The translations under genes and the position numbers were made by a program. The notes beneath the pieces are model-generated. The model saw only the letters and a program-made list of their open reading frames with translations, was not told the DNA's origin and searched no databases. Shown one piece after another: positions 9,740-19,016 of a stretch of 64,000 nt of DNA (positions are counted from its first letter, which is position 1; every line of letters begins with the position of its first letter). The DNA is from Pseudomonadota bacterium (GTDB taxonomy: Bacteria; Desulfobacterota; Desulfobacteria; Desulfobacterales; RPRI01): contig JBDRRF010000031.1 in NCBI GenBank assembly GCA_043825875.1, positions 32,001-96,000 on the forward strand. The letters run 5' to 3'.

Positions 9740-11056
9740 ATGTCAAAAAAACTTTTTATAAGCAGTATGCTTGCTTTGTTGATGATGTTTGTTCATCAAA
9801 GTAGTTGGGGCGAAGGCACAGGTTTACCTAAAGCTCCGAATTGGTCTTTCGGGGCGGAAATCCCTATCTTTAAGGAATTGGGGGTTACCTACAAAGGCCC
9901 GGCTAACGGTCCTAACCCGGCGATAGAAAATGCGAAGATCATAAATTCATGGGGCTACAAGGCCAAACCTATAGAGGAAATAAAGGATTTATTGCCGGAA
10001 GAATTCTATGAAGTTCTTAAAAATCCCAAAAAGTGGGGTGATTTCAGGATCAATGAAATCGCCGATATCCCCATTCCCACCAAAGGCACTCTGTATGAAA
10101 AATACTTGGCATTGACGGAAAAATATAAGGGTACATGTACATTGGATGCTAGGGGACAGTTGCAAAACTACGTTGGTGGCCGCCCCTTTCCCGGTGCCGA
10201 TCCTGAAAAAGATGTCATGAAATTGATGTGGAATTGGGAAAAGACGTATTATCGCGATGATATGCCAGCCGGGTTTTTGGCATCCAATATTGACGCATCA
10301 GGATTTACGCGAAATGCCTTTGCTGAAAAGTTGGTGATGCGTTTTGATACCAGGCTGGAAGCCGATCCAAACCCCCTTTACAAACCCAATCCCAAAGGTA
10401 TCGATAATATCCTAGCTTATGGTTATTCCGCCCCATACAATGTCGCCGGTATGATCCAGCTCACTTACCGGTATTATGATCCTGACAAGGAAGATGATAC
10501 ATGGATGTATATTCCGGCCATGCGAAGGGTGCGACGGATGTCAACGGCCCAAAGACAGGACCGGATGCCTGCCGGCATGAACTTCATCTACGATACCAAC
10601 GAAGGTTTCCAGGGAAAGCTGGCGCGCTGGCATTGGAAATACTTGGGGAAAAAGGTTATGCTTTCTCCTGCCAATGGTACGACCCAGCTTCAGATAGATC
10701 TGAAAGGTCATATGACAGGGGTGGATAACCGCTACTACCGCACAACCATGTATATAGTTGAAGGTACGCCGGAAAAGGCTATTACCGTTAGTAAAATCAA
10801 GCTGTATATTGATTCCGAACGCTTACTGATTCCTTATGCCGTCAACTACGATGTCAAGGGGAGACCCTGGTTTTTTCAATATTACGGCTATTCCCCCGAT
10901 GGCAAATGGATTCCCTGTCCTTACAACATGTTCTCAATCGACTTACAAAGAACTTACAGCACCCGGGCACTTCTTACTTCAACTGATTTTAATTTGGGTA
11001 TGAAACCGGAAGATTTCAGTATGGAAGTACTGAAGCGAAAATATCAGCAACGTTAA
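9740..11056 (+). CDS. DUF1329-family periplasmic protein (LolA-like lipoprotein-sorting fold)
   Basis: Signal peptide; NYVGGRPFP...LMWN; WMYIPAMRRVRR motif. Confidence 0.85.
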   Translation: MSKKLFISSMLALLMMFVHQSSWGEGTGLPKAPNWSFGAEIPIFKELGVTYKGPANGPNPAIENAKIINSWGYKAKPIEEIKDLLPEEFYEVLKNPKKWGDFRINEIADIPIPTKGTLYEKYLALTEKYKGTCTLDARGQLQNYVGGRPFPGADPEKDVMKLMWNWEKTYYRDDMPAGFLASNIDASGFTRNAFAEKLVMRFDTRLEADPNPLYKPNPKGIDNILAYGYSAPYNVAGMIQLTYRYYDPDKEDDTWMYIPAMRRVRRMSTAQRQDRMPAGMNFIYDTNEGFQGKLARWHWKYLGKKVMLSPANGTTQLQIDLKGHMTGVDNRYYRTTMYIVEGTPEKAITVSKIKLYIDSERLLIPYAVNYDVKGRPWFFQYYGYSPDGKWIPCPYNMFSIDLQRTYSTRALLTSTDFNLGMKPEDFSMEVLKRKYQQR

Positions 11057-11064
11057 TAAAATTC

Positions 11065-11099
11065 GGGGCAAATCCGGGGAAATTCCGCAGATTTGCTCC
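11065..11099 (+). terminator. Stem-loop after DUF1329 gene (terminator or mRNA stabiliser)
   Basis: GGGGCAAATC...GATTTGCTCC stem; no strong U-tract. Confidence 0.45.
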
Positions 11100-11134
11100 A
11101 CAAAGCTAATCGCGAAATTTAAAACCATATCATG

Positions 11135-11276
11135 GAGCCAGTTTCAAAACGCCCCATTTTGGCCGATCTCTGCGTTGAGCTCAAATTTCAATCCTCGAAA
11201 TACTAAATGTATTCCTGTGGGTGAAATTTTCTCCCGCCTTGAGCTTGACCAAACTGAAACGTTTTGAAAGTGGCTC
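11135..11276 (+). mobile_element. 142-bp MITE, family A, copy 1 (TSD CATG)
   Basis: TIRs GAGCCAGTTTCAAAACG / CGTTTTGAAAGTGGCTC; CATG at 11131-11134 and 11277-11280. Confidence 0.92.
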
Positions 11277-11303
11277 CATGTTATAAGAATTATTCAATAT
11301 ATC

Positions 11304-11435
11304 GAGGCAATTGCATAACGTTTTGTCATGCCCGAATGTTTTTGTCGGGCATCCATGATTTCAGTCAGTTACAAACTGGATTCCCACCCAGAAACGTTGC
11401 GGGAATGACAGAATAGGAAGTTTTGCAATTGGCTC
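11304..11435. mobile_element. 132-bp MITE, family B, with REP-like core (TSD TATC)
   Basis: TIRs GAGGCAATTGCATAAC / GTTTTGCAATTGGCTC; TATC at 11300-11303 and 11436-11439; internal GTCATGCCCGAA..TCGGGCATCC and GGATTCCC..CGGGAATGAC. Confidence 0.8.
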
Positions 11436-11464
11436 TATCTATCTCTTATTAATGGGAGGAACAG

Positions 11465-12523
11465 GTGGATAGTCCAAAGAAGTTCAAAGCAGTTAAGGTT
11501 GTAATCGTCGCCATATGCGCGATATTTATTTGTTTTATTACGGCAACAGGCGTATTCCCCGTAAATAATAAAAACGGAGCCCCGGAAGCCGTACCCTTCA
11601 ATCAGAGACTTTATCTGTATAATTTCTATGGACTATCAGCAGTAGTCGGAGGTCATATATGGGCGGCAGGCGCTTTTGGAACTATAATTTACTCCGGGGA
11701 TGGCGGGGAGACATTTCACAGGCAAGCATCCGGAATAAAATCGGAAATTTTTGATATAACTTTTCTTGATAGCGATAACGGCTATGCAGTTGGCCGTTTC
11801 GGGGTGATTCTTAATACAGTTGACGGAGGACATACGTGGACCCGTCAAGAAAGTGGTGTTACCAACACTCTTAGCAGCATTTGTTTTATAAACACAACTA
11901 CAGGTTGGATTGCGGGCGGATTTAACACTATATTGCATACCAAAGACGGCGGTAAAACCTGGGAGAAGATGGGGGAAAAGGTGGACAGGATGCTAAACCG
12001 CATATTTTTTGCCGATGCAAATCATGGTTGGGCAGTTGGAGAGTTCGGAACGATTTTAAAAACTACAGATGGCGGAACCAATTGGACCGAAACTAAAAAT
12101 CCTGAAGGGAAAAATCTTTTCGGTCTGTATTTTAATGATGCAACAAATGGATGGGCTGTTGGAATGGATGGTTGCATCATTACCACAAAAGATGGCGGAA
12201 CCAATTGGGAGATCACAAAAACGCCGGCAAATGAAACTCTCTATGGGATAACTATGAACGGCAAGAAGGGTTGTGCTGTTGGAATAAAAGGGATTTACTT
12301 CATCACGGAAGATGGAGGAGAAACCTGGGACATATCTCCTTATGATATCGGTGTGAGATCATGGCTGGGAGCAATAAAGTTTATTGATGAACAAAATGGT
12401 TTTGTATGCGGCGGTGGCGGAACAATCAAATTAACAAAAGACGGCGGTAAGACCTGGAATAGCCCGAAAGCCCTGTATCAGGATGAAGGTGTCTGCAATT
12501 TACCGGATAGGAAAAACACATAA
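11465..12523 (+). CDS. YCF48/BNR-repeat beta-propeller protein
   Basis: Repeated GWAVG..G.I..T.DGG.TW motifs; N-terminal hydrophobic anchor. Confidence 0.9.
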   Translation: MDSPKKFKAVKVVIVAICAIFICFITATGVFPVNNKNGAPEAVPFNQRLYLYNFYGLSAVVGGHIWAAGAFGTIIYSGDGGETFHRQASGIKSEIFDITFLDSDNGYAVGRFGVILNTVDGGHTWTRQESGVTNTLSSICFINTTTGWIAGGFNTILHTKDGGKTWEKMGEKVDRMLNRIFFADANHGWAVGEFGTILKTTDGGTNWTETKNPEGKNLFGLYFNDATNGWAVGMDGCIITTKDGGTNWEITKTPANETLYGITMNGKKGCAVGIKGIYFITEDGGETWDISPYDIGVRSWLGAIKFIDEQNGFVCGGGGTIKLTKDGGKTWNSPKALYQDEGVCNLPDRKNT

Positions 12524-12589
12524 AGTAAAACTTGGCATTAATCGACTTAAAATGGATCGGAGTATATTTTACAGGAGGTATCAGGGAAC

Positions 12590-14995
12590 ATGAGCCAAAA
12601 AGAGCGTATTACTTTAGAAGAACGAATGCTTGTATGGGTGGACTGGCTTGCACGATTTGTGGTGCGGAAAAAATTTTATATTGCCTGCATTAATATTGCC
12701 GTGACAGCTTTTTTCCTCTATCAGGCTTCTCATGTTCCCCTTCGCACCTATTTTCCTGATCTATTGCCGGGTCAGCATGCCTTCGTTAAGTTATTAAAAA
12801 AATATTCCGGTTTCGGAGGAACAAATCAGATTTTAATAGAGATTCGTGCCAAAAATGGAACAATTTTCAATAAAAAATCTCTCAATAAAATAATCAAGAT
12901 AAGTGACGAATTACTTCTTTTCCCGGGCATTGACCGAAACAAAATTATCTCTATTGGAGTAAGCAAGATTAAAAACTTCAAGGTTAGCTCCTGGGGGTTG
13001 GAATTCCCCTCTTTGATGTTTCCTGAACCACCGGCTACAGAAGAGGAAATGGAAGATCTGAAGCGCAATATTTATTCAAACACCCTGTATTTTGGCAAAC
13101 TGGTTTCTTTGGATTCAAAAGCGGCCATTATCACAGCTGGGTTTTTTGAAGAGGGTGTTGATTGCGATGTGATTTATGACAAAATCCAGCTAATAAAAAA
13201 GAAGTATGAAGATGAAAACGATGAGATTTTTGTCGTAGGCGAACCATATCTTTATGGTGTTATAAGTCATTATATCGGCCAGACTTTTAAGGTATTTATT
13301 ATAACGGGTATTGCCATCTTTTTAACAGCACTGCTTTATACTTCAAGTTTGCGCCTTGTACTACTCCCTTTTTTTTCAGCTGGAATCTGCGCCATTTGGG
13401 GAATCGGTTTTATCGGTTTCTGGGGTTATAATCTTGACCCCTTGATTCTTGTTGTGCCGCTGCTCTTATGCACAAGGGCACTTAGCCATTCTATGCAATT
13501 TAACTGGAGAATTAACGAAGAATATGCGGATGTGGGAGATATGCCGACCGCGGTTGCCAATACTATCAGGGGACTTTTTTATCCCGGCGTGTCGGGTATC
13601 ATTACAGATAGTTTTAGCATCCTGCTAATTGCTTTTGTCCCCATTCCCATTATGCAAAAACTTGGTATTATTTGTTTTTGCTGGGCCATGAGCATGATTG
13701 TAGTGTGTTTGATTCAAGACCCGGTTCTTTATCTATATCTTCCCTTCTCGGCGGAAAAGAATCGCAAGTGGAGAGATAAGAAACGAAGCGGCTGGCTTGA
13801 TCGGGCAATGGGAAAAGTGGCGGCTTGCAGCCAGGGAAAGGGGCTCTATGTTATAATAGTATTGTCAGTTACCTTAGTACTTGTTGCAGGATGGTACTCG
13901 CAGAGGGTCGAAGTTGGAGATATTTATCCTGGCACTCCCATTCTGCGAGCCAATTCGCCATACAATAAGGCATGCGGAGTGCTTGCAAGAGATTTTCCCG
14001 GTTCAATGGATCCTCTTATCATTGTTGCCAGTGGTAATAGGGAAAAAGGACTTGCCGACAGAGATTTAATGGAAAAGATATCGGAATTTCAATTTTATTT
14101 GATGCAAAATCCTTTGATCGAGGGGACTTCTTCCGTTTCCGACTTAATTAAGAACATGCAAATGAAGTACCAGGAAAATGATCCTAAGCAATACGTGTTA
14201 CCTGATAGTGATGCAGGTGTTGCGGCTGTCATGTTTTTAATGATGGGCGGAGGGGCAGAGCCGGGCGATTTTGATCAATACTATTCCGAACAATTGTCAG
14301 CAGCAAGTCTTGTGGCTTATTGCAAGGATCACACGGCTAAAACCATAAACAATGTTTTAAAGTATTGCCGTGATTTTATAGACTGTAATAAAGATAAAAA
14401 TATCCGGTTTGACTTGGCGGCAGGAATTATCGGCGTGGTTGCCGCCACCAATGATGCTGTTGCAAGAGATCAGATATTGCTGAGCGTAGCCGCTTTTGCT
14501 CTTACCTTCATATGTGTCAGCTTCTTTTTTCAATCCTTTGTTCCGGGCGCTATATTAATGATACCTCTTTTTGTGTCCAACCTTGCTGTATTTGGCTATA
14601 TGGGTATAGCCGGTCTTAGCCTTAATCTTCAAACTCTGGCGATCCCGCCCATTGCTGTCGGCATCGGAGTAGATTATGGTATTTATCTTTTCAGCCGGAT
14701 CAGGGAAGAAACCAACCGCCTGCAATCTTTTGAATTGGGGATAACGGAAGCAGTGCGTACCGCTGGTAATGCCGTTACCATTACTGCCTTGCTCATCATT
14801 GTGGGAGTTATTTTCTGGGTAATATCAGAAATCAAATTTCAGGCAGATATGGGATTACTGCTGGCTGTTGTAACTTTCTTTCATCTTTTGTGTACACTTT
14901 TCTTGCTTCCCGTACTTGTAAGGATAATAAAACCTAAAATTATCATGAATTGCCTGGCCTCTGGAAATGCTTGTGAAAATGTGGTTTTGAAATAA
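12590..14995 (+). CDS. RND superfamily (MMPL-like) transporter
   Basis: Two TM blocks with large periplasmic loops; VGIGVDYGIY, RIREE, TAGNAV motifs. Confidence 0.88.
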   Translation: MSQKERITLEERMLVWVDWLARFVVRKKFYIACINIAVTAFFLYQASHVPLRTYFPDLLPGQHAFVKLLKKYSGFGGTNQILIEIRAKNGTIFNKKSLNKIIKISDELLLFPGIDRNKIISIGVSKIKNFKVSSWGLEFPSLMFPEPPATEEEMEDLKRNIYSNTLYFGKLVSLDSKAAIITAGFFEEGVDCDVIYDKIQLIKKKYEDENDEIFVVGEPYLYGVISHYIGQTFKVFIITGIAIFLTALLYTSSLRLVLLPFFSAGICAIWGIGFIGFWGYNLDPLILVVPLLLCTRALSHSMQFNWRINEEYADVGDMPTAVANTIRGLFYPGVSGIITDSFSILLIAFVPIPIMQKLGIICFCWAMSMIVVCLIQDPVLYLYLPFSAEKNRKWRDKKRSGWLDRAMGKVAACSQGKGLYVIIVLSVTLVLVAGWYSQRVEVGDIYPGTPILRANSPYNKACGVLARDFPGSMDPLIIVASGNREKGLADRDLMEKISEFQFYLMQNPLIEGTSSVSDLIKNMQMKYQENDPKQYVLPDSDAGVAAVMFLMMGGGAEPGDFDQYYSEQLSAASLVAYCKDHTAKTINNVLKYCRDFIDCNKDKNIRFDLAAGIIGVVAATNDAVARDQILLSVAAFALTFICVSFFFQSFVPGAILMIPLFVSNLAVFGYMGIAGLSLNLQTLAIPPIAVGIGVDYGIYLFSRIREETNRLQSFELGITEAVRTAGNAVTITALLIIVGVIFWVISEIKFQADMGLLLAVVTFFHLLCTLFLLPVLVRIIKPKIIMNCLASGNACENVVLK

Positions 14996-15120
14996 GGATA
15001 ATCTCATTTATCCGACTGAAGAAAGAATCACCAACTACCAGCATAGATAGTGGTTTAATGAAAGACAATTAAAATATCATTATCAATGGAAGTATTATAC
15101 CAAACAATAAGGAGGGGCCT

Positions 15121-15930
15121 GTGAAATTTGAAAAAAACCGTTTTAACTATTCCGTCGACTCCATTGAGCGCTCCATTGTTATGGACAACCCTATAGGCAA
15201 CATATCGCCAAAAACAAAACAAAAACTATACAAGGACGCAATAGCAAAGTTATCAAAATATCCTGAGCTGGAGAAACTCATCGATATACGGCACATCCGT
15301 ACCTACCCCTTTGAAGGTGTAAAAAACTTTGTCAGAGCAGGCGCTCTGCCCAGCAAAATTGTTATTAGTGATCAAAGAATCAAGGATATGTGCCGAAACC
15401 CTTTTTGGTTTAGTCTTCCAAATGATGATGGAACTCAGGGTGAAATGAGATTTGAACCTTGTCCGTTTCTGAAAATACATTCATCATGCCCTTACCATTC
15501 TTCACTGTCAGCAGAGAAAGTTCGCGCTAAACTTGATAAATCGGATATACTTATTGTTATACAGACAAAACTCTTTAACCAAATTGATATACCTCCTTAT
15601 CAGTTCCCCATTCTTCATAAGTTAACAAAAGAGATCAAGAACATACTTGGCCCGAAGTCTGTTGTGCAAAAATTTGGTTGCGGGCATTGCAGGGCATGTA
15701 AGAAACCATGCCTCGGCAACGGAGATTGTCGTAGTCCCGAGTTGCAAATTTCTTCCTTTGAATCACAAGGTATTGCAGTTGGACAACTAACAAGGGATCT
15801 GGCTTTATTTTCCGGTAATAAAGCTTGGGAAGTCAAGTTTCTTAAGCATTTTGGAATGCCGAATATGACACCAAAGAAATGGAAATATTCAATCGGTCTG
15901 TCGATAAAACTCCCTGGCAATGGAAAGTAA
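15121..15930 (+). CDS. DUF2284-family predicted metal-binding protein
   Basis: C....SSCP and FGCGHCRACKKPC....CRSP...SSFESQGI Cys pattern. Confidence 0.65.
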   Translation: MKFEKNRFNYSVDSIERSIVMDNPIGNISPKTKQKLYKDAIAKLSKYPELEKLIDIRHIRTYPFEGVKNFVRAGALPSKIVISDQRIKDMCRNPFWFSLPNDDGTQGEMRFEPCPFLKIHSSCPYHSSLSAEKVRAKLDKSDILIVIQTKLFNQIDIPPYQFPILHKLTKEIKNILGPKSVVQKFGCGHCRACKKPCLGNGDCRSPELQISSFESQGIAVGQLTRDLALFSGNKAWEVKFLKHFGMPNMTPKKWKYSIGLSIKLPGNGK

Positions 15931-16107
15931 ACATAAAAGAGTTCCAAACAATAATAAAAGGAGAAATTATGAATGACGTGAGGCAATAGGTATCACGTCT
16001 TGAATAGTTAATTATTACAGATTGGAAAAGTAATATGTTCCGAAAGGCATATTTGCAATTAGGCTATGAATATCTCTGGCCCTTAGTACTCCATTTCACA
16101 ATCCCGA

Positions 16108-16183
16108 TGTCATATCGAACGGAGGAGGGAGCTTTTACCGGTTATAGTATCCATAAGGATTTCTTACTTCGTTCGAAATAACA
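16108..16183. repeat. Degenerate REP-like palindrome
   Basis: TGTCATATCGAACG ... GATTTCTTACTTCGTTCGAAATAACA imperfect inverted repeat. Confidence 0.5.
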
Positions 16184-16278
16184 AATACTCACCCGAATTA
16201 AGGTAAATGCTATATAAAGACTGATCAAATGAGTAACGACATCATATATAGTTGTTTCAGAAAATTTGAGAGGTAAAA

Positions 16279-17019
16279 ATGGTTGATTCTTTTTTTGATG
16301 CACTGCCTGAGTATTTAGAACTTATTATGGGATATATCCCTGTTCTTATAATAATAGCAATTCCCATTGCTGTGTTTATAGTGCGTCGGAAAACGCAAAA
16401 CGAAACAAACATTGCCAAACAAACCGCTGGCATGCTGGGACTTCGTTATATTAACGTAGCTGAAGAAATGAAAGATAAAAAGCCTGAAGATTCATTTTTA
16501 TTAGGTTTGCTTTCAGGCTGGTCTCCGTGGGCAATGGAAGGAACGTATAATAATATACCGGTAAGGGTAGAATCGATAGTAAAAGGCAAGCAGCAACGGT
16601 ATATCGCTCATAGTGACAGAGTCAGCGTCAGCAATCCAACCAGAACATCGTATTCAAGAGGTACAACATATGTCGCGTCTTTTGAAAAACCCTTGCCTTT
16701 TGATATCGCCATACATAAAAAAGTAAACATGCCTTTCGGTTTTCCACAGCTTCATGCAACCGATGCGATAGAAACAGGCGATGAAGAATTGGACCAAATG
16801 CTGGAAATATCGGGAAATGATAAAAGTAATATTCAGAAATGGCTGAATTTAAATCAGAGAAAAGATGTTTTGAAAAGGATGTTTCGGGCAAGTCTTTCGG
16901 TAAACATCAACAGCAAAGGCTTGCTTTTACATGATCTACACAGCAAAGCGGAATATGATCACGTGCGAAATAATTTAAAAACATTGAACGACACAATTTT
17001 AAAACTTCAGATGGATTGA
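16279..17019 (+). CDS. Hypothetical single-pass membrane protein
   Basis: GAGG RBS; N-terminal TM helix followed by a basic patch; IETGDEELD motif. Confidence 0.7.
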   Translation: MVDSFFDALPEYLELIMGYIPVLIIIAIPIAVFIVRRKTQNETNIAKQTAGMLGLRYINVAEEMKDKKPEDSFLLGLLSGWSPWAMEGTYNNIPVRVESIVKGKQQRYIAHSDRVSVSNPTRTSYSRGTTYVASFEKPLPFDIAIHKKVNMPFGFPQLHATDAIETGDEELDQMLEISGNDKSNIQKWLNLNQRKDVLKRMFRASLSVNINSKGLLLHDLHSKAEYDHVRNNLKTLNDTILKLQMD

Positions 17020-17036
17020 AGAAGGTATACCAGCAA

Positions 17037-17600
17037 ATGAACCGCAAAAACCCATGGAAGGCAATAAGTACAAAAACGATCTATGAAAACCCTTGGCTTC
17101 GCTTACGTGAAGATAAAGTCATCCGGCCTGATGGTAAAGATGGGATTTATGGTGTAGTAGAAATAAAGCCATCGATAGGAGTTGTAGCTATAAATGAGAA
17201 AGATGAAATTGCTATAGTCGGGCAATGGAGATATACGCTTAATAAATACTCATGGGAAATTCCAACCGGAGGATCTGCAACAGAAGATGAAACAATCCTT
17301 GATGCAGCAAAAAGAGAACTTGAAGAAGAAACCGGAATTCAAGCCGCAGAATGGACTGCTCTCGGTAGTATAGACAATAGTAATGGAGTAACAACTGATG
17401 TGGCGCATTTGTTTCTGGCAAAGCATCTTACCTGTGCCACTTCCAAGCAGGAACCAAATGAACAGATAGTCAATAAATGGATAAGCTCTGAACGTGCAGT
17501 GCAGATGGTAATGGAAGGAGAAATTACCGAATCATGCAGCGTAGCTGCTATTCTCAAAGTTGACAAACTGAAAGCAAATAACTTCCATTTTAGCATATGA
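17037..17600 (+). CDS. NUDIX hydrolase (ADP-ribose pyrophosphatase-like)
   Basis: WEIPTGG...AAKRELEEETG Nudix box; QWRY. Confidence 0.9.
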   Translation: MNRKNPWKAISTKTIYENPWLRLREDKVIRPDGKDGIYGVVEIKPSIGVVAINEKDEIAIVGQWRYTLNKYSWEIPTGGSATEDETILDAAKRELEEETGIQAAEWTALGSIDNSNGVTTDVAHLFLAKHLTCATSKQEPNEQIVNKWISSERAVQMVMEGEITESCSVAAILKVDKLKANNFHFSI

Positions 17601-17864
17601 AACAAATAAAGCGGCATTCTTATGGAGATATTAAAGACATTCAACACAATCTACTTTGAACTACTAACATCAGCCCACACTGCCAACTCATTGCCGCTGG
17701 GCTCTAAAAAATGAAAACGGCGCCCACCTGGAAATGAGAATATAGGCTTTAGTATTATACCACCAGCCTGTTTAACCTTAGCTTGAGTGGTCTCATTCAT
17801 TATTTATATTCATGCCACATAAAGTCAGAGCTTAGTTGTTTGGCACGCTTGCCTGCAAACCCTT

Positions 17865-18006
17865 GAGCCAGTTTCAAAACGCCCCATTTTGGCCGATCTC
17901 TGCGTTGGATGAAAATTATAATCCTCATAATCCTCAATGTATTCCTGCGGTTAAAATTTTCTCCCGCTTTGAGCTTGATCAAACTGAAACGTTTTGAAAG
18001 TGGCTC
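17865..18006 (+). mobile_element. 142-bp MITE, family A, copy 2 (TSD CCTT)
   Basis: Same TIRs; CCTT at 17861-17864 and 18007-18010. Confidence 0.92.
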
Positions 18007-18093
18007 CCTTAAATAAAGTTTTAATCGCAGTGCCTTTTCGCACACAAGGGCAGATCTGCAAGCGTGTCATGTCGACAAATAGTTTAAGAAGGA

Positions 18094-18666
18094 TCAACTG
18101 CCTATTTGATCATTTATAAATGATGTAAGAATATCATCTATAGCCAGTTTGGTTGATTGATCTACAGCATTCTTCATAGTAAATACGCCTCCTAAGAAAA
18201 CTTTTCCGCCTTGACTCTTTCCCTCTGCCGTATAAGTTTTTTCAGATACCGTCTTTGAATTGTCAATGCGCGTAATCTTAAGAGTAACAAATGTCCGGAA
18301 ATTTTCAAACCTATACTCTATCAAATCAAAAACCAATAAATTCCCTTGGGTATTATCTCCCGAGGCTTTTACTAATTTACCAAATGCGTTTTGAACATCC
18401 CTGGACTCTAAAGTATCCTCAAGTACTTTTCCAAATTCAACAATCCATGCATGCGCTAACCCGGCAGAAGCAGCACGAAATTTATAACTATGAGTTTTTG
18501 TATTCTCAGTTAATTTATATTGTGCCTCTAACGATGTTTTTGGAAAACTATTATTACCCTCATTGTTTATAAGATATTGCTGATAGTCCTTAGCGATATA
18601 ATGATTGAAACAACCTGTGAATACTAACAGCATAGATAAGGATAAAACCAACTTAAAAGTTTTCAT
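18094..18666 (-). CDS. Hypothetical lipoprotein
   Basis: GGAGG RBS; signal peptide with lipobox-like FTGC. Confidence 0.75.
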   Translation of the reverse strand: MKTFKLVLSLSMLLVFTGCFNHYIAKDYQQYLINNEGNNSFPKTSLEAQYKLTENTKTHSYKFRAASAGLAHAWIVEFGKVLEDTLESRDVQNAFGKLVKASGDNTQGNLLVFDLIEYRFENFRTFVTLKITRIDNSKTVSEKTYTAEGKSQGGKVFLGGVFTMKNAVDQSTKLAIDDILTSFINDQIGS

Positions 18667-19016
18667 ACTACCTCCGATTTTTCACAAAGATTAATATAGA
18701 TATATTTTACACAACAACTGAACGTGGGGAAAATAGACTAAATTTGTTTTGCATAAAGCATGTTAAAAACTATATGTCAATATAAAGAGAACGGCACTTT
18801 CTCCGGTGGCTAAGCTATGGAGTTAAATAAAAGATGGCTCAGAAATAAGAAGTTAAGGAATCAATGCTTCCCTTTTATGACTATTTTTAATATCGACAGT
18901 TCCGTTTTTTAAAATCCGATAATATCTTCTTCTGTTTTCTAACACTGGCTTAACCAAAGGTCCGGTTTTTTATAGCATAGCCATTTTTATTTTACTACCT
19001 TGGCAAATTTATTGCT

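Noticed and set aside
15975..15999. GACGTGA-N11-TCACGTC inverted repeat as a transposon end
   Set aside because: Only a 7-bp stem, single copy, no associated transposase
18937..18958. TTCTAAC-ACTGG-CTTAACC as an attC half-site
   Set aside because: No complementary arm and no adjacent cassette ORF; too short to support
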